Source: a virus. Taken from it: a stretch of 64,000 nucleotides of DNA. Within the stretch, counting starts at the first letter, position 1, and every line of letters starts with the position of its first letter. The stretch spans positions 1 through 64,000 of IMG/VR virus record IMGVR_UViG_3300033553_000478. One strand, 5' to 3'. The notes beneath the pieces are model-generated. The model was given only the letters and a program-made list of their open reading frames with translations. It had not been told where the DNA came from and did not search any database. The translations under genes were made by a program, and so were the position numbers. Of the stretch, positions 10,901-18,798 are shown piece by piece.

Positions 10901-11948
10901 AACCATCAGGATTAACTACGGCAGAATTTTGATATTGTGCAAAGCTTACTTCGTGAACAGTATTATCTGTTTCAACCAGGAATAAAATATTTGGATCCAC
11001 AAGATCCCAATAGAAATCATCAATATTTATATCGGTATCTGCAGGAAGTAATGGAGTAAGGTTCAAGGAAACTTCCTGAACGATACCAGCTTCATTTTGG
11101 TACTTCCAGATTATAGTGTTTGGATTGACAGGATCTATTACAGGCTGTACTAAAGCTGTAAGTGTTTCAAATATCTGCTGAGCGTTTACCGCAGCAATAG
11201 CTTTCCTGTTAGGGTAAGTGTTGAGGTCTTCTACATTTACTACAGCTTCAGCTGCTACTTCCCAACTTTGAGTAAGTTCAATATTATCTGACCTTCTTAT
11301 TACAGCTGTCCGTGTAGTTCCTACCGTTGAAACTGTAAATCCAGAAATATATACATCACCTGCTTCTGGGGCCGGGGCTGCAGTAGTAAGAATATAATTT
11401 GGTTTCAGGTTTACATTCTCCCATGGAAGAAGTGAAAATATAGCTTCATTACTTTCAAGTCCGGACTGAGTAGAAGTAACTGTAAATTTAAACTGCAGAT
11501 CTTCTTCTCTTATTCCTGTTCCGTGAATAGCTATAAGATCGCTGAGGTTATTGGGATCCAGAAAAACTAAAACTCCTTGCCAGTTATCAATAAGCCTTCT
11601 TCCAAGGGCAAGCTGTTCTGCTATAATAGCATCAATGCTTTGAGTGAATTCGTAAAGTACGCCATTGTGGATGGCGTACTTATCTTCGAGAACTATCCCT
11701 ACATTTTGAGCTGTGATCGCATTGAAAGTATCTCCAATGTTTAAAAGAATTTCACCTCCCTGCAGCAGTGGCAAATAAGGAAGACTTATTAATTTCACTA
11801 ATCCCGGGTTTCCTTTCATAGGATCCACGAACATATTAGTGAACGAGTCAGAATTAAACTGGAAAACTTGAGTGTTTAACAGTTTTGAATTTCCTTTTAC
11901 TGAAGGTCTGTATATACTACCCTGCGATATCGCGTTTAATTTTGCCAT
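7938..11948 (-). CDS. long tail fibre protein
   Basis: 1336 aa; lectin-like segment (DDDWMALVIG); fibre motifs KVDKVAGKGLSDTNYTQAEKDKL and VAITNNYNDLINLP. Confidence 0.75.
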   Translation of the reverse strand: MAKLNAISQGSIYRPSVKGNSKLLNTQVFQFNSDSFTNMFVDPMKGNPGLVKLISLPYLPLLQGGEILLNIGDTFNAITAQNVGIVLEDKYAIHNGVLYEFTQSIDAIIAEQLALGRRLIDNWQGVLVFLDPNNLSDLIAIHGTGIREEDLQFKFTVTSTQSGLESNEAIFSLLPWENVNLKPNYILTTAAPAPEAGDVYISGFTVSTVGTTRTAVIRRSDNIELTQSWEVAAEAVVNVEDLNTYPNRKAIAAVNAQQIFETLTALVQPVIDPVNPNTIIWKYQNEAGIVQEVSLNLTPLLPADTDINIDDFYWDLVDPNILFLVETDNTVHEVSFAQYQNSAVVNPDGSVDLFQGDTLILNLSKVAITNNYNDLINLPSLGQILPPGRKDQIYYITEEGTNEVVPDWMMRRGVIVQTEKEYVVASTAAVNLEEVFKSWQMFSHHNGKHAPSQYVSPPYFPALNTDINIPSQLLTADEFYNRTAWGYDSVNDRIFLSKNYDPYTGFLSPREFSNYTFEATFSSPNSDDDWMALVIGFWVDPVTGYEHTLSVVRTMATLSGQGKYNYALVRNFSQMTEEVIIDATPLAPIAPGSAGGWNTNGPTRVSIVRTFNNYVIKTSQFGSEILDNNTILNVNLDDYPTLQDFKVASKVAFAAKSQQDAYFSDIVFTGLIDYIFWDHGAYYETYEYDPATLSYFLQNPRIVTAKGYFGANRFVESYMFNKVYHITGDDDIVNIKGDSQVSWDPNNALTIGTDLRPFLNVALLGGGNTSLENKVFSIDVAHVQNHEYDVTASWIINGNTFTLKKRFNHGPADATNDTIIVYALTDTGDILALTEGPAANPIKAAIDPTTQIEGTFIIIEAATTQPSGVTSALVYNENTQVAGGEFNTSNYPASSTRFNLAAQTIPSLGTKVIEGTNLQLYDAVEFIPAAPFPIANYERMLYDFRQKPGSYGGMKNPTHRIQFHGTDAQGSFQFIYLQDDPTFDLANTSTYQNLIAKIPASLIVNVTKIRFLTFAPTKNGYGFYLDNIKLSGGVAAPQPTGNYVTPAQLQSGLDTKVDKVAGKGLSDTNYTQAEKDKLATMEGTKFKGTFLNTTALNTAWPSGQAGWYADVDAGAGVPAKRYIWDAQEGWVSSTGTIAGETAESIRTKYLSNAGTEEFTTAYKDKLDSITAIFTTALKTAYDNASTWVTTNGQNVLNHLTKWVTPTTAGKMPRTLAGGAIEWIDTPSATVAEPTQVTKTTTTSFTSETLSDGGYSQNGKNVLIANSTNAINITVGATANFVASYQKEGTGAITFLASSGKTIRAVDATAVLNGAVGSTATVSVVGNVVSLRISNAV

Positions 11949-11949
11949 T

Positions 11950-13146
11950 TTAATTTACCCAATTACCGTTAACAGAATCCCTTACTGAGAAGTACAATAC
12001 ATCGTGATTGAAGTCGCTCTCATTCCAGGCTATATGAATTAATTCTCCAGCATCGAAATTTGCTTTGAATAGAATTTCTCCGAATTCAAGTTCGATGCCC
12101 ACTTCTTTCCCTTGATAGAACCATTTCCCTTTATTATCGAATTTCAATCCATCCAATCTCACTGCATCCATAAGATCATTCTCAGTATCGTTGTAAGGTG
12201 CCGGAGCTCCTTCAACAAACATTGCCCAAGTGATAGGAGTAGTGAATCCAGATGTAGTGTAGAAAGTGATATCGTCGATTGTTGGGGGTTGATTAACTGG
12301 TTCAGTTGGATCTGTAGGATCAGTTGGCTCATTAGGATCAACTACGATAGGTGGTTCGTAAGAACCATTACCATCTGTACCTCCGCCACCATCACCAGAA
12401 CCACCTCCACCGGGTGCGCCTGTAGCTGGTCCTGTATATCCTCCGCCACCGCCAGTAGTTCCTCCAGGATCTACCACAGAAGTAAGAATGCTTTCAGGGA
12501 CTTCACAGAAACATCTTTCTGTTTCAGAATAAAGTAAAGTGTCTCTGGAAGACCAACGAAGCATTGAAGCAGCTCTGGACCATTCCTCTATTGTAGATGG
12601 CCAGAAATCATCACCACGAGCTTCACCTATTCGATCATGGTAATACTCTTCCATATCTTTATAAGTGGCTCGGCTTCCTTTGTCGTTGAACCTCTTTGCT
12701 CGATATAAATACATAGATACTCCTGAGGCGACAGCCTCGAAGTGGTTTTCCGTGGTAACCGGGTTTCCTTCTCCATCAGTCAGTAGGGTGTAATAAAGCA
12801 GTGAAAAACCAGTAATTTTATGACCTTTGCAAAAGAACATCCAGTTTCCTTGTATACGGTAATCTCCGGGGCAGACCTGATCCTCTTGGCACATTCCTAT
12901 TGCTTCAAGGTGGACCACATCATTTGGAAGTTTTAATTTGTATTGATAGCCATCAAAAAGAATTGTTCCGGCTTCTACTGAATATTTAACCCGGCGAAGT
13001 AATACACTTCCACCGTACCCTATCTCGTGCTCAACTCTATAGATCAGTCGGCGAATTTTGGGGAGTAAATTTCTAAGGCTGGTTATTCCGGTATCGTCTT
13101 TAATTCGTTCCAGAATATTTTCAAAAGGCACTATGTTAGAGTACAT
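11950..13146 (-). CDS. tail tubular/ring protein with Gly-rich linker and C-terminal cadherin-like domain
   Basis: Follows the IHF-like gene as in crAss gene order; YRIQGNW...YYTLLTDGEGNP ring-protein pattern. Confidence 0.7.
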   Translation of the reverse strand: MYSNIVPFENILERIKDDTGITSLRNLLPKIRRLIYRVEHEIGYGGSVLLRRVKYSVEAGTILFDGYQYKLKLPNDVVHLEAIGMCQEDQVCPGDYRIQGNWMFFCKGHKITGFSLLYYTLLTDGEGNPVTTENHFEAVASGVSMYLYRAKRFNDKGSRATYKDMEEYYHDRIGEARGDDFWPSTIEEWSRAASMLRWSSRDTLLYSETERCFCEVPESILTSVVDPGGTTGGGGGYTGPATGAPGGGGSGDGGGGTDGNGSYEPPIVVDPNEPTDPTDPTEPVNQPPTIDDITFYTTSGFTTPITWAMFVEGAPAPYNDTENDLMDAVRLDGLKFDNKGKWFYQGKEVGIELEFGEILFKANFDAGELIHIAWNESDFNHDVLYFSVRDSVNGNWVN

Positions 13147-13673
13147 AAATAGAGGGTTTTATTATCCTTCGCCTTCCTAAGTTCCTGGTTAAAGATAGGT
13201 AAAAGATCCTTGTTAAAATTATTAACATAAACTTTTTCGATATCAGGTATTCTATTGGACGAACCGGTTAATTTTTTGATTGAAACGAGATAGTACATTT
13301 TCATACTTGGCCTAACAAACCAGAAGAGTCCGAGAGCATTATTACCTCCGGAAATTCTCTTTTCAGATTTTCCTTTGGCCATAAATCTTACCCATTTTGG
13401 ATATGTTACTTTTTTCATAAAACCACCCAAAGGAAAGTATATTGGAAATGGCTTCATATAGAAATCCCAGAAGTACAATTTCAGATACTCCAGGACAATT
13501 TTTTTATATAGGGAAAGTGAAACAGGTTTAGGCCTTTTGCGTTTGGTCTTTTCCCCAACGCAAAAAAGAGAAGGGGCGTACCTTCTCTTTTCGTGCTCGA
13601 ATTTTTCATACAAAGCTCCGATGTTGATTACCTCAACTTCAGAACTCCTGGCTTGTATCTTGTGCCTTCGCAT
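13131..13673 (-). CDS. crAss structural-module IHF-like protein
   Basis: Basic protein with FPLGGFM motif; conserved position between the head-tail genes and the ring gene. Confidence 0.55.
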   Translation of the reverse strand: MRRHKIQARSSEVEVINIGALYEKFEHEKRRYAPSLFCVGEKTKRKRPKPVSLSLYKKIVLEYLKLYFWDFYMKPFPIYFPLGGFMKKVTYPKWVRFMAKGKSEKRISGGNNALGLFWFVRPSMKMYYLVSIKKLTGSSNRIPDIEKVYVNNFNKDLLPIFNQELRKAKDNKTLYLCTLT

Positions 13674-14349
13674 CGTTTCTTAGATCTGCTGTTTCATCAG
13701 ATTTTACTCTAAGAAACAAGTTAAACTCTCTGGCATTCACAGAATTTATCAAGTCCTCTACTAATTCGTCTGGGAGGGGGTAGGGGGAGCTGGTAAAATC
13801 ATAACCTGGTTCATCATCCGGATCTACTAAAACTGCCTGAACATTTATAGGGATTGTAGATTCAATGGCTACATTTCCTAAAAGGTTCACTACAGTATTC
13901 AATTCAGATCCTTCAAAATTATCAAGTTGGTTCGGTTGGTTTAACCCGGGGGAAAGTACCATATGATTATTTATAAATTTAATCAATGGGTGATGGCGGT
14001 TAAACCTATCTTTTCTGGCATTACGCCAAGATTCAGAATTTACTACAGAAACAGGGTAGCCTTGAATATCTACCATAAATCCAAAGTTATCTCTGAACCG
14101 GTGTGTTTTTGGTAACATAGGAGATAGAAACTCCCCTTCAGCTTTAGCAGTAAAGGGAATGGCACCCAAGTACTGGAAAACCTCATCAGGGAGTTCTGCT
14201 CCTTCAGTATATGATCTAAATAGCAATTTCCCTCGGTGTATCCGAAGGAATGCTCTAAGTAATCTTTCATTTGCCGGATCGTCCTGGTTGAATTCTCCAC
14301 CGCGAACTATATCCCAGATGCTATAAATGATATCTTCTTCCGTTCTCAT
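13639..14349 (-). CDS. conserved crAss-like head-tail (ring) protein
   Basis: Synteny downstream of the MCP; YDF..SPYPLP motif. Confidence 0.65.
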   Translation of the reverse strand: MRTEEDIIYSIWDIVRGGEFNQDDPANERLLRAFLRIHRGKLLFRSYTEGAELPDEVFQYLGAIPFTAKAEGEFLSPMLPKTHRFRDNFGFMVDIQGYPVSVVNSESWRNARKDRFNRHHPLIKFINNHMVLSPGLNQPNQLDNFEGSELNTVVNLLGNVAIESTIPINVQAVLVDPDDEPGYDFTSSPYPLPDELVEDLINSVNAREFNLFLRVKSDETADLRNDAKAQDTSQEF

Positions 14350-14996
14350 TATTTGCTAAATTTTCTAAAAGCTTCCTGCAGCTGATAGTTGGATTGTGTT
14401 CTTTGATCTCCAGTGCTGTTAAACAATCTGGTAACAACGCTCAGCATAATCTTTTCAATAGCTTCGTCCGGAAGGTTTACGACTCTCACTTCTTTATTGG
14501 CCACAGTTGCAAAACTTGGCTTTTTACAATAAGTGATCTTTAAAAATTCAGGAATGTTACCTGTCCCGGAGTCTATCTGGAACAGGTTGTTTTCCTGCAA
14601 AATAATTGGGTAGTGTTTAGTTGGCCTTTTATTGGGATTTAATACAGCCGCACTATATTCACCGTGTCTAAGTAGGTCAGCTCTCCTGCAGCGAGTGTTA
14701 TCGTCATAAAGGACATCATAGCTCACTAATCGGAAATACTTCAAAGGAAGGGCTGCAATCCATCGTGTGGCATCATTAGGATCCTTAGCGATAGGCAGCT
14801 TCCCATTCGTAATAAGTGGCCGAATATCATCGACCACCTCTTGCGTTTTTTCAATTTCTTTCACTCTCTCTGCTACAAAGTCCAGAGTACAAGTATGAAA
14901 GTAGTTCAATAAAACCGGCAACGGGAAATAGTCGGAACCCATTTTGTCGGTAAATTGCTTTAATTTACGATCGACTTCTGATAGCTTATAGTCCAT
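14349..14996 (-). CDS. conserved crAss-like head-tail (ring) protein
   Basis: Synteny; ITYCKKP...NLPDEAIEKI pattern. Confidence 0.65.
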   Translation of the reverse strand: MDYKLSEVDRKLKQFTDKMGSDYFPLPVLLNYFHTCTLDFVAERVKEIEKTQEVVDDIRPLITNGKLPIAKDPNDATRWIAALPLKYFRLVSYDVLYDDNTRCRRADLLRHGEYSAAVLNPNKRPTKHYPIILQENNLFQIDSGTGNIPEFLKITYCKKPSFATVANKEVRVVNLPDEAIEKIMLSVVTRLFNSTGDQRTQSNYQLQEAFRKFSK

Positions 14997-15026
14997 TGCC
15001 GGAGTATTAGGGGGATAGGGGGTTTA

Positions 15027-15854
15027 TTAAATTTCAGATTTCAGTTTCTTATACAGCTGGCTGGATAGCTCAGCATAAAATTCTGGATCATTTTTAAAGA
15101 AACCTATAATGCTATCAAAAGAAATTCCAAGGCCATTTCCATTGTAACGGTACATACCATCACTTACAGAAACAATACCTGTTCTAACCATTTCTTTGAT
15201 CTCATAAGTGTACTTGGCATTCTCGATATTATCAAGGATCCTGTTCACTTCTTTAGCATTATCGTAAGAAGATCTTACGTGGTTTTTCAACTTACTACGA
15301 AGCTTGGAAATTTCAATCTCCGGCTTAGTGATCAGTCTTTCATCACGGTAATCTAAATGCAATGCAGATAATATGAATCTCAGCTTTTCAAGGCTGAAAG
15401 CTCCTTTACCTGAATCGTCAGCAATCTTACCGATTAATTTATCGATGTAGTCTTCTTCTACAAGATCTACAACACTTTGATGGTCTAAATTCACAAGGGT
15501 AATCCTTGGGTTTTTGTCCTTACGTTCAAAATATCTGCTATCAGCTTTTGTTTGTTCCTGTAGAACTCCAACCAGTGGATGCCCTACAAGGAAATCTATG
15601 ATAAGCCTGTGAGAAGGATTTCTGGAGTCAAGATTGGTTACTTGCTTTTCGATCATATAACCGGCAAGTCTTTGACCATTCACGTTAACCAGGCATCGTT
15701 CTTTTAATGTGATTGCATCGGGATAATCACCTAACATACGGCCGCTGAAACCTTCAACGCCTAAGTCATTAACCAATGTGTACTTTAATTGCCAAATACC
15801 ATCAATGAGCCCTTCCGCTTTCATTACTGGTACATACTTTTCTGTTGTTTCCAT
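15027..15854 (-). CDS. conserved crAss-like protein downstream of the major capsid gene
   Basis: Synteny; C-terminal GIV...YRYNG..LG...IIGFFKN pattern. Confidence 0.6.
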   Translation of the reverse strand: METTEKYVPVMKAEGLIDGIWQLKYTLVNDLGVEGFSGRMLGDYPDAITLKERCLVNVNGQRLAGYMIEKQVTNLDSRNPSHRLIIDFLVGHPLVGVLQEQTKADSRYFERKDKNPRITLVNLDHQSVVDLVEEDYIDKLIGKIADDSGKGAFSLEKLRFILSALHLDYRDERLITKPEIEISKLRSKLKNHVRSSYDNAKEVNRILDNIENAKYTYEIKEMVRTGIVSVSDGMYRYNGNGLGISFDSIIGFFKNDPEFYAELSSQLYKKLKSEI

Positions 15855-15871
15855 ATACTGATTTGAATAAT

Positions 15872-15902
15872 AAAAAGGCTACCCGCGTAGTGCGGGTAGC
15901 CT
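15872..15902 (-). terminator. rho-independent terminator after the major capsid gene
   Basis: AGGCTACCCGC-ACTAC-GCGGGTAGCCT followed by a T tract on the minus strand. Confidence 0.85.
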
Positions 15903-15911
15903 AAATTTAAC

Positions 15912-17585
15912 TTAGAAAGTGAATGATGTTGCTTTTTGAGTAGCAAGTGTATGACCTACAAGGTCTCCACCAGCCCAAGCTGCAGACGCTTTCAAGATAC
16001 CACAAGAGCGAGTATCGTAAAGAACTGCCATAAGCTCAGAAAGCATATGGATAGAACATCCATCAAAACCAGAAGAGGCAGAGTTACCATTCTCATTAGC
16101 TGGGTTGAAAGAAGTCATACCGTCTACAAACTTACGTTTGAAGCCTCTGTCTTGACGAGAGAATACTTCAAAGTTTGGCACACCATCCACAGGAGTAGTG
16201 TTCAAGATGTAGATGTTTCCAGTACCTACCAATCCACCATTTGTTGGGTATAACCCTGGGTGGTTGAATAGTTCGTCTTCGATAAGTACAAACTTGTTTC
16301 CAAGGTACTCATAGGTAGTCACTTCGAAACCAAGAGTCATGTTCTGACCAGTAGTAACGTTGTAAACAATGTTAGACGCTCCACCAGCGGTAGAGTCATA
16401 CTGCATCAACTTTTTCATACCGGCATCAAAAGCAGTACGGCCGATACGGTCAGTAATTGCTAAAAATGTGTTTCCGGAAGAACCTTCAGGAGATCTTACC
16501 GCCAATGTGTTGGTGATAGCCTCGATCATTGTATGAGCCAAACCGTTGTTTGGGTTATAATCGAAAGTGGCGTTATCCTGAATTTCAGGAATCCAACCGT
16601 TTCCGATTACCGGCGCAGCAATACCAGACTCTTGTTGGAATCCATCAAGAGTAAGTTTGTTGGTACCGTAATTCTCATACCAAGCGTGAGAGCTTGGATC
16701 CATAGAAGAACGAGAGAATCTAAGAGCCTGCTCATTCAACATTCTGAAGATACGCTCACCTCTTAAAACTTCAGCGAATTCCCAAGCAGAGTTGGACTGA
16801 TCACCACCGTTGTAGATGTTAGCGATTTTCTGCTTCTGAGCAGAACCTGTCATTGTAAGGGTGTAACGAGTAATGAAAGAGTAGTTAATTCTCCATTTGT
16901 TTCTCGCAGTCCTTTGGTAACCTTTCAAAGATCCCTCTCCGAAAGCAGAACCACCTTCACCGAAAACTACACCATTGGCGAAGTCTGTTTCAGCAAAAAG
17001 GGCCTTGTTACCGATAGTCTTACCATCGTACACGAAGTGATCTCCAGTACTGGCTTTTCTACCTGGACGGGTGATGATCACGTTCAAACCAAGACCGTTT
17101 CCTAATGGAATCTTGTCGTTAGGGTTGTACTTATCACCGAAAATACCATTCACTGGATCGTGCTGAACAGAAACAGATATCAAAGTATCAGTCTCAATAG
17201 TCAACGCTGTTTTCCCATTTGCATAGGTAACTCCAGCTAAGGCCGTCATGTTAGGAGTCGGGTTTGCTCCGTCGTGCCATCCACCTACAACCGCTTTACC
17301 AAAAGAGTATGCCGGTAGGATATCCATACCTTCATAAGAAATTCGGTAAGCATTGTCGTTGATAGAAGTGTCGGAATTCGACTTCTTCATTTTTCCTTTT
17401 CTTACTCCCTGGTTCACACGTCCAGTGTAATACATCCAAGATTGGAACTTGTTGTATTTTTTGAAAAGGTCGAAAGACTTTCTTTCGATTTCGAAGTGTT
17501 TCTTCATCAACGTGGTCAATGAATTAGCTTCAGTGTGGATTTGAGGGTTGAAACGCTCTTCAGCGCCTCTTAATAGTAATCCCAT
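15912..17585 (-). CDS. major capsid protein (crAss-like)
   Basis: 557 aa; follows portal and scaffold; GEGSLKG, RYTLTMTGSA and SSGFDGCSIH patterns; highly expressed-type codon usage; own terminator. Confidence 0.85.
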   Translation of the reverse strand: MGLLLRGAEERFNPQIHTEANSLTTLMKKHFEIERKSFDLFKKYNKFQSWMYYTGRVNQGVRKGKMKKSNSDTSINDNAYRISYEGMDILPAYSFGKAVVGGWHDGANPTPNMTALAGVTYANGKTALTIETDTLISVSVQHDPVNGIFGDKYNPNDKIPLGNGLGLNVIITRPGRKASTGDHFVYDGKTIGNKALFAETDFANGVVFGEGGSAFGEGSLKGYQRTARNKWRINYSFITRYTLTMTGSAQKQKIANIYNGGDQSNSAWEFAEVLRGERIFRMLNEQALRFSRSSMDPSSHAWYENYGTNKLTLDGFQQESGIAAPVIGNGWIPEIQDNATFDYNPNNGLAHTMIEAITNTLAVRSPEGSSGNTFLAITDRIGRTAFDAGMKKLMQYDSTAGGASNIVYNVTTGQNMTLGFEVTTYEYLGNKFVLIEDELFNHPGLYPTNGGLVGTGNIYILNTTPVDGVPNFEVFSRQDRGFKRKFVDGMTSFNPANENGNSASSGFDGCSIHMLSELMAVLYDTRSCGILKASAAWAGGDLVGHTLATQKATSFTF

Positions 17586-17719
17586 TTTTTAAAGATTTTT
17601 TGTTGTTAAATTGTTTTTCAAAAATCTTTAACCTCATTACCATTGGGCTGTTCAGTTAAAGGGGGGCAATATGACTTTGGCTTCTGTGTCGTTGGCTCTT
17701 CCACCATTATCGGGCAAAC

Positions 17720-18754
17720 TTATTTTCCTGGTTCTTTATCTGACAATAAAGATCCAAGTAATCCTTTGGAACCATCTGAGCCCCCAGACGTGCCTCTTTT
17801 TTGGGCCTTAGTCATGGGCGAACCAGAATCTTTACTCTTAGAGTCGAAATCTTCGGTGGCCGCTTTTAATCCATCACTAAATGTTAATCCGGTTGCTTTT
17901 TTGTAAACCTGAGGTTTATATGCCAGCAACACAGCTAACTCTGCTTGAGCTTTTTTATCAGATCCAAGTTTCCTTAGGAACTCACCAGAACTTACATCTT
18001 TGTAAACCTGAGAAAGTACTTTCTTTTCGGTTTTTACACCGAAGTAATCTTTTTGAAATATTTCAGCCAGGGTAGATTCAAGAACCTCCCTGTCTGTTTT
18101 TTCAGCTGCAGCTTTCGCCTCAGCTCTTTGATTGTCAATAGAAGTCTTTTTGTTAAGGGCCGGAGAGATCAACTTATTGTTGATCTCATCCCTTAAATTT
18201 TTCGCGTGAAGAGATATTGTTCTGGAATCGATAAGGTCCTGAACCTGATCTTCGATCTCAGCGGCAACTTCCTCATCATTGATATCCTTACCTTTTTGAA
18301 TGGCAATAGTTTCAAACTGCCTGCGCATTAAAGGTTCATCATCAAGTTTTACAATGGCCGTAAACTGATCAACAGTATCTGAAGCAGTTTGATATTCATC
18401 TTCTTCAGCTTTGGCATCTTTTGGATCAACAGCATCTTTCTTCAAAAAGTCTTTCAGTTCCTGAGCTGTTTTGAAATCGGTATCGAGTTTTTTATTGAAA
18501 CTTTTCAGTTCCTCATCGGTTATTTCATCTTCTTCCTCTTCCTCTTCACCAAATTTCAAAGTTTCCGCTTTTTCTTCTTCCTCTTCATTTTCTTCTTCCT
18601 CTTCAGCGTCTTCAGTATCTTCGGAACCTTCTGAATCACCCCGGAATAACTTCTGGGCTAAATCATCATCAGCTTCCTGCTCATCATTAAGATTAGAACT
18701 AAAAAGTTCATTCTCATCAATTCTGTTTTCGTCTTCTTGTGTTTCTGTTGCCAT
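17720..18754 (-). CDS. putative capsid scaffolding/assembly protein
   Basis: Very acidic N-terminus and coiled coil; between portal and MCP. Confidence 0.65.
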   Translation of the reverse strand: MATETQEDENRIDENELFSSNLNDEQEADDDLAQKLFRGDSEGSEDTEDAEEEEENEEEEEKAETLKFGEEEEEEDEITDEELKSFNKKLDTDFKTAQELKDFLKKDAVDPKDAKAEEDEYQTASDTVDQFTAIVKLDDEPLMRRQFETIAIQKGKDINDEEVAAEIEDQVQDLIDSRTISLHAKNLRDEINNKLISPALNKKTSIDNQRAEAKAAAEKTDREVLESTLAEIFQKDYFGVKTEKKVLSQVYKDVSSGEFLRKLGSDKKAQAELAVLLAYKPQVYKKATGLTFSDGLKAATEDFDSKSKDSGSPMTKAQKRGTSGGSDGSKGLLGSLLSDKEPGK

Positions 18755-18775
18755 TTATGTAAAAATTATGTTAAA

Positions 18776-18783
18776 CAAATCTA
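18776..18783 (-). promoter_or_regulatory. Bacteroidota sigma-A -7 element upstream of scaffold-MCP
   Basis: TAGATTTG (TAnnTTTG) on the minus strand in the intergenic gap. Confidence 0.6.
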
Positions 18784-18798
18784 TATAAAAAATTCTTA

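Noticed and set aside
6311-11948. Diversity-generating retroelement or invertible tail-fibre cassette
   Set aside because: No reverse transcriptase, recombinase or template/variable repeat pair was seen in the window.
17618-17722. In-frame read-through extension after the scaffold TAA
   Set aside because: The short open stretch has no recognisable protein features and does not join the MCP ORF; TAA read-through is unlikely.
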